Part shown: piece after piece, positions 16,177-24,000 of the stretch
Numbering within the stretch: position 1 is the stretch's first letter
How the letters are laid out: each line of letters opens with the position of its first letter
Source of the DNA: Dickeya phage Ds3CZ
Length of the DNA stretch: 24,000 nucleotides
Direction: 5' to 3' (one strand)
Sequence record: MN788369.1
Program-made: the position numbers and the translations under genes
The notes under the pieces: generated by a model
What the model was told of the DNA's origin: nothing
Seen by the model: the letters and a program-made list of their open reading frames with translations, nothing else
Database searches by the model: none

Positions 16177-17145
16177 ATGGCTGACTTCAAGAAGACAATC
16201 GATAAGATCAAAGTTCTGAACACGAAGGGATTGTCCCAGGCTCAGAAGCAACTGGTCTATCCTTTGGACGCCACGGGCGGTAAAACGCTCGGACACTATG
16301 TCCTATTCAACATCAACCGCATCTCCGGTTCATCTTACGGTGACACGGCTACCCAGACTGTTGAGAACCCAATCCAGAACCCTCTGGGGAATACTCCTGT
16401 GGTCTATGGAGCCAAGTCCGGTTCCATCACCAAGTATGCATGGGCGCGTCACGTTCGTTCAAACGAATCCATCGTTATGTGTATGCCCGAGTCCATTACA
16501 ACCAACTACGGTGTTGGCTGGAACGGTAGCGAGCTGGGGCTGGCGGGTATGGGGGCACAGTTCCTTTCCCGAGCCGCTCAGGATATGACTCAGTTCAAGC
16601 TGGGGGATGCACTGAACGTCGGGAAGGAGATGGGTCGATTTACGGCGACCAAGGCCATCCAGTCTGCGTCGGAATCCATCCCGTTCCTGCCTACCATTAA
16701 CGCCCATGACACCCTTGAGTTGTTTACGGGTACAATGACTAATCCTTACGTCGAAATGATCTTCCAGGGAGTCAGGAACAGGGAGATACCGTTCACATTC
16801 AAATTCACACCGCGCTCTCAGAAGGAATCCAAGATGGTCCGTGAGATCATCCGCTTGTTCAAGATGCACATGTACCCAGAGTACAAGTACAACAAGAACT
16901 CCAGTGCCTTCTATCTCCATCCATCGACATTTGACATCACGTTCATGGTTAATGGGGAGCGAAACCAATGGCTGCACCGCATCTCTACCTGTGTTCTGTC
17001 CAACATGTTTGTGAACGAAACGCCAGACAGTTCATATTCTGTTCACAAGGACGATGGGATTGTGTCTACACAGGTTGACATGACCTTCATCGAACTGGAG
17101 CCTCTGCACAAAGGGCGCTTTGACACCGAAGGCGACAGCTTCTAA
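16177..17145 (+). CDS. 48: Baseplate tail tube cap protein, T4 gp48-like
   Basis: 'LVYPLDATGGKTLGHYVLFNINRISGSS', 'SIVMCMPESITTNYGVGWNGSEL', 'RNREIPFTFKFTPRSQKESKMVREIIRLFK'. Adjacent to gp53-like gene. Confidence 0.7.
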   Translation: MADFKKTIDKIKVLNTKGLSQAQKQLVYPLDATGGKTLGHYVLFNINRISGSSYGDTATQTVENPIQNPLGNTPVVYGAKSGSITKYAWARHVRSNESIVMCMPESITTNYGVGWNGSELGLAGMGAQFLSRAAQDMTQFKLGDALNVGKEMGRFTATKAIQSASESIPFLPTINAHDTLELFTGTMTNPYVEMIFQGVRNREIPFTFKFTPRSQKESKMVREIIRLFKMHMYPEYKYNKNSSAFYLHPSTFDITFMVNGERNQWLHRISTCVLSNMFVNETPDSSYSVHKDDGIVSTQVDMTFIELEPLHKGRFDTEGDSF

Positions 17146-17158
17146 ACCAGATTCGTGG

Positions 17159-17164
17159 TATAAT
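17159..17164 (+). promoter_or_regulatory. Candidate extended -10 promoter element upstream of the EDxHD endonuclease
   Basis: CGTGGTATAATG: TG-n-TATAAT in the 44-nt gap between gp48-like stop and the endonuclease ATG. No convincing -35. Confidence 0.4.
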
Positions 17165-17189
17165 GAAGTAGCCAATAAGAGGATTTATT

Positions 17190-18833
17190 ATGCCACGAAT
17201 CGTCCAAGAAAAAGAGTGTGCTTGCTGTCATACTGCGTTCAAGCCTAAGCAGGCGAGGTCACTCTACTGCAATATCTTGTGTGAACGTTTTATGTCATCC
17301 CCTGTCATCAGAAGCCTCGACACAGACAACCTTCCTAAAAACTCGGATGAGTGCAAGGAATGGGTTGTGAAATACTTCTTCACCAAACAAGGTAATGTCA
17401 ATTCAAAATTACTCAGGCATCCACTTTTGTTGAGTTATACGGGGGTGGATGTTATGGGGTATTTGTCTGAGCATAACAGTTTAACGGATTTCAGATCTTC
17501 TGTTTCGGCATGGTTATACGATCTGAATAACACTGGTTGTATTGTCTGTGGTAAGGAGACTACAATAGATTTTGATGCTGAGGGTGGTCCAGCATACAGG
17601 GAATTCTGTTCCAACAAATGTATGAAAGAATCTATGAAGACTGGAGGTGTCTGTAGGGAAAGAATGAATGAGACCATGATGGGGAAATATGGCGTTTCCC
17701 ACGCCCTACAGAACAAAGAAATAATGGAGAAAGCCAAAGAAACAAGTATTGAAAGATTTGGCGTAGAATATGCTATGCAATCAGAAGAAATAAAACAAAG
17801 AACTGTCAAAACCAATCAAACCAGATATGGGGTTGACTTTCCTATGAGCCACCCTCCTATCGTATCAAAATCCAGAAGTATGTTGAGGATAAGCTGTATC
17901 GAGAAATATGGGGTTCCAACTGTTATGGATGATCCCAGCATGTGGAAATACATCACATCATTTCAACATAACTCCTCCAAACCAGAAAAAGAAATTACTT
18001 CGTTCCTTGAGTCCCATGGAGTGAAATGCATCACTGGTGATTACAGCGTGTTGGCGGGGAAAAGACTCCAACTGGACATCTACTGCCCAGAACACAAACT
18101 GGCAATTGAATTTAACGGCCTATACTGGCACACAGAACAACAGAAACCGGGGAAGGAATATCATCTGGACAAAACCAGATTGTGTGAAGCCCGGGGTATT
18201 CAGTTAATCCACATCTGGGAAGATGAGTGGCGTGACAAACCTGATATTGTGAAGGGTATGATTTTGGCCAAGTTGGGTGTGAAAGGGCCGTTGTCTTATG
18301 CTCGAAAACACAGAATCAGTTCACTCAAACCTCTTGAATGCAACCAATTCTTAGAACAACACCATATACAGGGAAGTGTGGCATTCTCATCACTACGGTT
18401 AGGTCTTGAGGACAAAGAAGGAAATGCCCAGGCGGTGATGGTATTTACCAAACGGACACATGGTACTGAATTGGTGAGATTTGCGTCTAATGGTTGTCAT
18501 GGTGCGTTTAGCAAACTACTATCTCACGCTATAAAATACTGTCTTGATCCGACCCAGACAGTATATTCTTTTGGGGATCGTTGTGTTGTGAGTAGATTGA
18601 AAAATGTTTACCTACAAAATGGGTTTATAGAAAAGGAAGTTCTTGCTCCGGACTATAAATATGTTGATAAACAATATTCAACTCGCACTCACAAATTCTC
18701 ATATAGAAAAGATAAATTTAAAGAACTCGGTTATGAAATAGAGGGTAAAACGGAAGACATGTTGGCCGAGGAAGCCAGGCTATCGCGTATCTGGGGATGC
18801 GGGTTGGTGAGATACGAATTCCAGAGGAAGTGA
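17190..18833 (+). CDS. Vsr-like (EDxHD-type, I-Bth0305I-like) homing endonuclease, putative, 547 aa
   Basis: Catalytic-region pattern 'LQLDIYCPEHKLAIEFNGLYWHTEQQ...YHLDKTRLCEARGIQLIHIWEDEW'. Preceded by repeated 'YGVxxxxQ...K..T...' units and N-terminal Cys pairs (CACCHTAF...SLYCNILC). Confidence 0.85.
   Translation: MPRIVQEKECACCHTAFKPKQARSLYCNILCERFMSSPVIRSLDTDNLPKNSDECKEWVVKYFFTKQGNVNSKLLRHPLLLSYTGVDVMGYLSEHNSLTDFRSSVSAWLYDLNNTGCIVCGKETTIDFDAEGGPAYREFCSNKCMKESMKTGGVCRERMNETMMGKYGVSHALQNKEIMEKAKETSIERFGVEYAMQSEEIKQRTVKTNQTRYGVDFPMSHPPIVSKSRSMLRISCIEKYGVPTVMDDPSMWKYITSFQHNSSKPEKEITSFLESHGVKCITGDYSVLAGKRLQLDIYCPEHKLAIEFNGLYWHTEQQKPGKEYHLDKTRLCEARGIQLIHIWEDEWRDKPDIVKGMILAKLGVKGPLSYARKHRISSLKPLECNQFLEQHHIQGSVAFSSLRLGLEDKEGNAQAVMVFTKRTHGTELVRFASNGCHGAFSKLLSHAIKYCLDPTQTVYSFGDRCVVSRLKNVYLQNGFIEKEVLAPDYKYVDKQYSTRTHKFSYRKDKFKELGYEIEGKTEDMLAEEARLSRIWGCGLVRYEFQRK
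17661..17937 (+). repeat. Degenerate protein-level repeats (YGV/FGV units) inside the EDxHD endonuclease
   Basis: KYGVSHALQNKEIMEKAKETSIE / RFGVEYAMQSEEIKQRTVKTNQT / RYGVDFPMSHPPIVSKSRSMLRISCIE / KYGVPTVMDD, roughly 23-27 aa spacing. Confidence 0.8.
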
Positions 18834-18835
18834 AC

Positions 18836-19390
18836 ATGAAATATTTTGAGAAATTCCCGCTCGTCTGGCACCAATTGCTGGATGTACAGGAGCAAGACAC
18901 CATCCTTCTGCAGAACTTAACGCGACGGGTGATGATCCTACAGAAAATTAAGGACATCGAAGGGCTTCTCCTGCCTTATTCTGTCCAAGAGGGGGAAACC
19001 CCAAGGTCGTTTGCAGAGCGCGTCTATGGTTCCTTCGAGCTGTTTTGGATACCATGCCTGATAAATGGCATCATGGATATCAACAAGGACTGGCCAAAGC
19101 CGGAGCGTCGCATTGTTGAAGAACTGACTGCGGACTATGGCATCGACGGTATGTGGGATACGGCCTATTATGTTGACCAGTTCAATAACGTGACGGACGC
19201 TCGGGCGATCAAATTTGCATATGGTCTGGACCTTGATGAGCCGTCCATCATTGCTAACTACGGTCTGACAGCAGTATCCTATCATGATGACGCAATCAGC
19301 AAGAACGATGCCAAGCGGAATATCCAGGTGCTCGACCCAGATTATGTGTCGTCGTTCGTGAATCAGCTGGAGCAGGAGTTGGCGAAATGA
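18836..19390 (+). CDS. 53: Baseplate wedge subunit, T4 gp53-like
   Basis: ATG 18836 (track ORF begins 18797). 'MKYFEKFPLVWH', 'DIEGLLLPYSVQEGETPRSFAERVYGSFELFWIPCLINGIMDINKDWP' is a gp53 pattern. GAGGAAG upstream lies in the end of the endonuclease ORF. Confidence 0.85.
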   Translation: MKYFEKFPLVWHQLLDVQEQDTILLQNLTRRVMILQKIKDIEGLLLPYSVQEGETPRSFAERVYGSFELFWIPCLINGIMDINKDWPKPERRIVEELTADYGIDGMWDTAYYVDQFNNVTDARAIKFAYGLDLDEPSIIANYGLTAVSYHDDAISKNDAKRNIQVLDPDYVSSFVNQLEQELAK

Positions 19391-20775
19391 TCGACAACAG
19401 AGAGACCCAAGACGGTATCGTAACACCGTCGACAACATTTGACCTGAAGTATATGGCGATCCTCCCTCACACCCCACAGGGCGGCACCCCAACGCCATAT
19501 GACCTGACGGCGCTGTTTGAGGAGTTCAACGTCTTTCAGGATCTGGGTCTTGAAGGACAGGCTTCCCCATCCCTGACTGCGAACATCCTTATCAAAGAGG
19601 GCTGGGATATCCTCGATACGATGCCTATCCTCGGCGGCGAAGAAGTGGTTGTTGCATTCAAGACACCAGCAGCTTCCGATTACACCACGCTGTCTCTGCG
19701 CGTGAGCCGTGTTGGGCGTGTTGCTGATGAGTCCAACAGCTCATCCAAGAAGGCATTCTGGCTTCACCTCGTGACGTCTGATGCTTACAAGGACAGCATG
19801 ATTCGTTGTTCCATCGGTCTGGGTGGTTCGTATTCAGAGATGGCGGCCACGATCTTCAATCAGCTGGAATCCCGCACAAAGTTCGAAGACATCGACCCGA
19901 CATATGGTATCCAAGAGAGATTTGCAACACCTCTCTGGCCTGTGCTTCGCTCCATAGACTACATGGCCACACGTTCGTATGACGAATTGTTCATGCCATT
20001 CGTCTTCTACGAGGACTTTGACGGATATCATTTCAAGAGCCTGACGACCCTCTTCAATCAGGGTAATCAGTCTCTGACAGCAGAAGAGAAGCAGGAACTG
20101 GCGAATCAGAACAAATTGTTCCGTGATCCCCAGGACGCCCCGCTCATGCAGGACAACAACTTCAACTCTGAGCGCTTCATGCGCACAATCATCAAGGCAG
20201 AGAAGAAGTTGGCTCGTGATCAGTACATGGCCAACTACCGTGATATCCTGGCGGTGAATGAGCGTGTCTACGACTTTGAAACCAAGACTGCGACTGCGAC
20301 ACAGCGTGTCTACACTGAATGGTTTGCAGAGACGGCTCACCTGGACCCGTTCCCAATGTTCTCAGACGAATTCGATCGACAGAACGTCCGTTACATCGAA
20401 GCCCAGCCGGACGGCGCGGAGCAGATTGATTATGCCCGGCGTGTGATCAATTTCAGTCTGGCGAGTACTGTCATGCGAGTACTGCTGGTCGGGGATAACC
20501 GCCTCAATGTTGGCAAGGTATTCTATATCGAGGATCAATCCAACCGTCCTAAGAAGAATGAAAACCTGGCTGAGTTAAGTAAGTTATCCACAGGCCACTA
20601 TATCGTGACCAAGGTACGTCACAAGATATCCCGCCTGACAAAAGATTATCAGTGCATTGCCGAGATCGCCAAGGACAGTATGCTGGAGCAGGTGTTACCA
20701 CCACAAACTAATCAGACAACCGCTTCCACCACTACCCCGACCGCGATTGAAAAAGGGCAGTCCCAGAAGGTTTAA
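19387..20775 (+). CDS. Baseplate hub structural protein (gp27-like), putative
   Basis: Gene order (after gp53-like, before tape-measure-like) and size (462 aa). 'FNQLESRTKFEDIDPTYGIQERFATPLWPVLRSIDYMATRSY...FVFYEDFDGYHFKSLTTL' resembles phage hub proteins. Exact family not confirmed. Confidence 0.55.
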   Translation: MIDNRETQDGIVTPSTTFDLKYMAILPHTPQGGTPTPYDLTALFEEFNVFQDLGLEGQASPSLTANILIKEGWDILDTMPILGGEEVVVAFKTPAASDYTTLSLRVSRVGRVADESNSSSKKAFWLHLVTSDAYKDSMIRCSIGLGGSYSEMAATIFNQLESRTKFEDIDPTYGIQERFATPLWPVLRSIDYMATRSYDELFMPFVFYEDFDGYHFKSLTTLFNQGNQSLTAEEKQELANQNKLFRDPQDAPLMQDNNFNSERFMRTIIKAEKKLARDQYMANYRDILAVNERVYDFETKTATATQRVYTEWFAETAHLDPFPMFSDEFDRQNVRYIEAQPDGAEQIDYARRVINFSLASTVMRVLLVGDNRLNVGKVFYIEDQSNRPKKNENLAELSKLSTGHYIVTKVRHKISRLTKDYQCIAEIAKDSMLEQVLPPQTNQTTASTTTPTAIEKGQSQKV

Positions 20776-20785
20776 GAGGTGAATC

Positions 20786-22735
20786 ATGGCAGATCCGGCA
20801 GAGAAGTCACAATCCGATGTGGTCAAAGTTCTAGACAAGATCAAGACGGAGATGATGCAACGCAAGCAACTCCGTGCACAGAACGAGACCAACAAACAGC
20901 TTGAGCGGATGAACAAAAATCTGTCTAAGCTGGAGTCGGCTTCTAAACAAGAGCAAAAGGCTGATGCCAAGCCTTTTGAAATCCGCTTCCCGACTGTCAC
21001 AGAGATAGTCCAAGGCTTTGCCCGTATGTCTCCGATATTCACCCGCGACTTCGGCGTATGGATGAAAGACAGCATTGACACCAATGTTGAGGGAAACCGC
21101 GAACTGGAGAACATCGCTGGCAAGATTGAGCGCCTTGGTGACATCACTCGCATGCCAGCCGACGACACGTCTGTTGAATATCTGAACCTCATCTCAGATC
21201 AATTGAAAGCATCCAACGACGACTCTCTGAAGCGCATGGATGAGCAAGGTCTATCTCTGGTGCGCATGGGTTCCTTCCTGAACATGATGGATGGAGTACT
21301 CATTGAGATCCGTGATGACACTGCCGATGTCAAGAAGAACTCTGATGAGAGCCTTGTGCGTCTTTCCAAAATCGAAGACAAACTTGGTCGCGTTGGTGGG
21401 CACATCGTCGGAGCGTTAACCCGTATCTTCGATGAAGACCAGAAGTGGCGTGAGAAGGACGAGATGCGCCGTGGGGAGACCGACAAAGAAACGGGCGGCC
21501 ATCCTCAGGCGGGTTCTGTTATCCCCAAAGACGATGACCAGAAGGATGACTCTTCCGGTATCGGCGCAGCGGTGGCCGCCATGCTTGGCCTGAACGCGCT
21601 GAAGGGGTTCCTCCTCAAACCATTCAAGATCATCGGCGGCGTTGTCGGGACTTTCCTCGGCATGTTCTCCAAGCTGGGTGATGGTATCAGCAAGTTGCTT
21701 GGTCCGTTTGGCAAGGTATTCAAGTTCCTGAAGGTAGGTCCATTGGCTCTACTGTCCATGATCTGGGACTTTGGTAAAGGCTTCATCGATGCGAAAGAGA
21801 TCTTGGGTAAAGGCGCGGTGTCAATCGTTGACCGGGTACGGGCGGGGATATCAGAACTGGTCGGCGGGTTTGGTGACCTGTTTGACTGGGTGTCCAAGAT
21901 CTTTGGCTTCGACACAGAGGCTGGCGAAACCCTGCGCAAATATACACTCATGCTCACTGAGGCTCCCGCTCGCTGGCTGAATGGTATTGTAGACTGGATT
22001 AGTAACGACTTGTTTGCAGGGATCGGGAGAGGGACGTCTCTTACGGATATCCCTGGCAAGCTGGCGGACAACCTTCAATCGGAATTGATGAAGCTGGTTG
22101 ACTGGATCACTGGGGGCATCAGTGGTGTTATCGACGAGGGTATGGGTGTCGCCAACAAGGTCATCGACGACATCAAGAAAGGATTTGCGGACAACGTGAA
22201 GAAGCCGTTCTTCAACATGCTGAACGCAATCACGAGCGCGATGTTCGATATCGTGGACAAGTTCGTCAGCATCATCCCCGACTCTCTGGGCGGCGCGGCG
22301 GCGAAGCAGAAGATGGATGAGGCTCGCCAGTCTATGTTGATTGGCACTGATGAGAATCCGTCTCCTAATACGACAGCGGCCTCTCAACCACAAACGCCTC
22401 CACAGCCGAATATCGATCCTCAGACCCTGACGCCGATGCCATCTGGCGTGTCTTCAGATTACAAGAATGTGACTGATGACCGATACTCTCAGATGAAGGA
22501 GGCATATAGTTCAATCGGTAGTTCATTGGTAACCGCCAAACCAGCTCAAGGCAGAGCAATATCTAATGTCGAGCAAGTTCAGGGTGGTTATGCCAATCCT
22601 CCGGCCAGCGTCGTCATGCCTGTACAGCAGAACGTGGACGCTTCCAAGAAGATCAACACAACCAACAACTTCAACAGTTCTTCACTTGAACCAGAGAACA
22701 AGACCGACTCGGCTCGCATCCTCTGGGATTGGTGA
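20786..22735 (+). CDS. Putative tail tape measure/baseplate hub protein (T4 gp29-like)
   Basis: 649 aa. Coiled-coil N-terminus, central Gly-rich hydrophobic/amphipathic segments (GIGAAVAAMLGLNALKGFLLKPFKIIGGVVGTFLGMFSKLGDGISK), and position after the hub-like gene. Confidence 0.6.
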   Translation: MADPAEKSQSDVVKVLDKIKTEMMQRKQLRAQNETNKQLERMNKNLSKLESASKQEQKADAKPFEIRFPTVTEIVQGFARMSPIFTRDFGVWMKDSIDTNVEGNRELENIAGKIERLGDITRMPADDTSVEYLNLISDQLKASNDDSLKRMDEQGLSLVRMGSFLNMMDGVLIEIRDDTADVKKNSDESLVRLSKIEDKLGRVGGHIVGALTRIFDEDQKWREKDEMRRGETDKETGGHPQAGSVIPKDDDQKDDSSGIGAAVAAMLGLNALKGFLLKPFKIIGGVVGTFLGMFSKLGDGISKLLGPFGKVFKFLKVGPLALLSMIWDFGKGFIDAKEILGKGAVSIVDRVRAGISELVGGFGDLFDWVSKIFGFDTEAGETLRKYTLMLTEAPARWLNGIVDWISNDLFAGIGRGTSLTDIPGKLADNLQSELMKLVDWITGGISGVIDEGMGVANKVIDDIKKGFADNVKKPFFNMLNAITSAMFDIVDKFVSIIPDSLGGAAAKQKMDEARQSMLIGTDENPSPNTTAASQPQTPPQPNIDPQTLTPMPSGVSSDYKNVTDDRYSQMKEAYSSIGSSLVTAKPAQGRAISNVEQVQGGYANPPASVVMPVQQNVDASKKINTTNNFNSSSLEPENKTDSARILWDW

Positions 22736-23401
22736 TCAGATTCCGTGGGCTTGTATTAGCTCACGGAGTCTTCCTTTCGAATACGTTGTATCCTCATCTG
22801 GCACCACAGCATTCGTCTTCCTGAGCAAGAACGCCTCTGAGTTCCAATAGATGTCATCCTTCAGCACAGTATCATACAAGTGGATGAACCCCACGATTTT
22901 GTTCAGGCCGACCAGGAACCACATGGGGTAATGCTTGGTGATGATGTCCGTCAACAACGCAGGGTGGCCAACACCCGTCCCCGTCCCCTTCACATAATTA
23001 ATGAACGTCATGTTCCGTTCCTTGATGGCAGGGATCATCTCCCGCTCGAACTCCTCAAGAAAGTTGTATGTGAAGTTCTCGTACAGCTTACGATATTCAT
23101 CATAATTGGACTGAGCCTGCTTGGTGAGCAGGGTAGTCACCCAGACCTTCGGGGACTTGATGAAGTTGGCGATGATGTAGTTCTCTACCACTTCACCCTG
23201 TGATGACTCGAACCGACGGGCAAGGCGAGCAAACTGTTTGCACACAGCGTCCTTCGCCAAGAACGTTTCAAACTTGTAGTTCATCGGTCCGTACAAGCTG
23301 TAGTCGAAGTCCTTGGTGGTGAAGTGTAGCTTGATCGCCGTGAAGACACAATACACGTTGAACGCCCGCTCGAACTCCATTTTCTGCCATTCAGTCAGCA
23401 T
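22736..23401 (-). CDS. 59: Loader of DNA helicase, T4 gp59-like
   Basis: 'FNVYCVFTAIKLHFTTKDFDYSLYGPMNYKFETFLAKDAVCKQFARLARRF', 'ENYIIANFIKSPKVWVTTLL', 'YNFLEEFEREM' fit the gp59 helical N-domain pattern. GAGGAA upstream of ATG. Confidence 0.75.
   Translation of the reverse strand: MLTEWQKMEFERAFNVYCVFTAIKLHFTTKDFDYSLYGPMNYKFETFLAKDAVCKQFARLARRFESSQGEVVENYIIANFIKSPKVWVTTLLTKQAQSNYDEYRKLYENFTYNFLEEFEREMIPAIKERNMTFINYVKGTGTGVGHPALLTDIITKHYPMWFLVGLNKIVGFIHLYDTVLKDDIYWNSEAFLLRKTNAVVPDEDTTYSKGRLRELIQAHGI
22740..22769 (+). terminator. Hairpin for plus-strand RNA just after the tape-measure-like gene
   Basis: ATTCCGTGGGCT-TGTATT-AGCTCACGGAGT, 12 paired positions including G.U pairs, followed by CTTCCTTT. 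Lies in the 3' end of the convergent gp59-like gene. Confidence 0.45.
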
Positions 23402-23649
23402 TTGCGTTCCTCTTCTTTGATGTGCTGCAACAACTCTTCCATCAGACCCTTGTTCTTAATGAACTGCATCACCAAGATAAACCGACGGAAGGAGCGGGGG
23501 ACTCTGCGATAACCCCGCGCCCAATGACTGACAACATTTGAACAATCCAACAAACGAGCCAGCCCAGATTGTGACACACCAAGGTTCAGCAGGACCTTGT
23601 AGATGTACTTCTTGTCATTTACTGGAAGCTCTTTCAGTCTTGAGTTCAT
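23395..23649 (-). CDS. Small helix-turn-helix (XRE/Cro-like) protein
   Basis: 'VLLNLGVSQSGLARLLDCSNVVSHWARGYRRVPRSFRRF' is an HTH pattern. 7-nt overlap with the gp59-like ORF. Confidence 0.65.
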   Translation of the reverse strand: MNSRLKELPVNDKKYIYKVLLNLGVSQSGLARLLDCSNVVSHWARGYRRVPRSFRRFILVMQFIKNKGLMEELLQHIKEEERKC

Positions 23650-23650
23650 G

Positions 23651-23962
23651 TTAACGTTCCGCTAATGTCTTGTAATGTTTGTCAGGATTATACTCCTGTT
23701 TGGAATAGTGAAGAGTAAGCGAAGCACTCAGACCGAGAATCATCACGGCCATGAGAACCCTGTGGTTCTTGATGTCGGGAATAGCTATCCACACCAGCAC
23801 CATTACAAGCGAGCTGACAACCAAGGACAGCAAGAACGTTAATGTAAACACCAATGCGAATAGCTCATCCTTCAGATCACCCCTCAGTTCTATTTTTAGG
23901 TCATCAACATAACAACCCGTCTCTGTGTCCCAGATCTCAACACTGAAATACTGAGTCGCCAC
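23651..23962 (-). CDS. Hypothetical membrane protein
   Basis: Two hydrophobic segments (ELFALVFTLTFLLSLVVSSLVMVLVWIAI; VLMAVMILGLSASLTL). Start codon uncertain (GTG 23962; frame open upstream to 23995). Confidence 0.45.
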   Translation of the reverse strand: MATQYFSVEIWDTETGCYVDDLKIELRGDLKDELFALVFTLTFLLSLVVSSLVMVLVWIAIPDIKNHRVLMAVMILGLSASLTLHYSKQEYNPDKHYKTLAER

Positions 23963-24000
23963 TTTTGGGGTAACCCCCCCCAGGCCTCTGCGTTCTCAAG

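Noticed and set aside
19834-20340. 168-aa minus-strand ORF inside the hub-like gene, and similar ones in the tape-measure-like gene (21505-22393)
   Set aside because: Antisense shadows without RBS or motifs.
1-24000. CRISPR array, tRNA genes or a defence island
   Set aside because: No regularly spaced direct repeats, cloverleaf-like sequence or recognisable defence gene set was seen by reading; a tRNAscan-SE run would be needed to exclude tRNAs formally.

Overview
This window is an ordinary-looking stretch of a T4-like myovirus genome that carries an unusual load of homing endonucleases. Supported core genes are: rIIA-like GHKL ATPase (1-2757) and rIIB-like protein (2789-4351); both phage type II topoisomerase subunits (8850-10748 large, unsplit, with ATPase and TOPRIM motifs; 10741-12081 medium); a dCMP deaminase-like protein; a gp4-like head-completion protein (minus strand); a baseplate/tail block (gp48-like tube cap, gp53-like wedge, putative gp27-like hub, putative gp29-like tape measure); and a gp59-like helicase loader (minus strand). 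Four putative free-standing homing endonucleases from four architectures sit between 8 kb and 18.8 kb: HNH, AP2/HNH-like, GIY-YIG and Vsr-like EDxHD. Each stop codon overlaps or lies within 2 nt of the next gene's start. I also report an Ig-like/Big-like domain protein, a bacterial PH-domain membrane protein, a probable gene remnant upstream of the AP2-type ORF, several hairpin terminators (two embedded in the antisense 3' ends of convergent genes), and a divergent region with two TAAATA elements resembling late promoters. I saw no tRNA, CRISPR array or clear new defence system. The best candidates for follow-up are the homing-endonuclease cluster and its junctions. Family names are from recognition of motifs and gene order, not from any database search.
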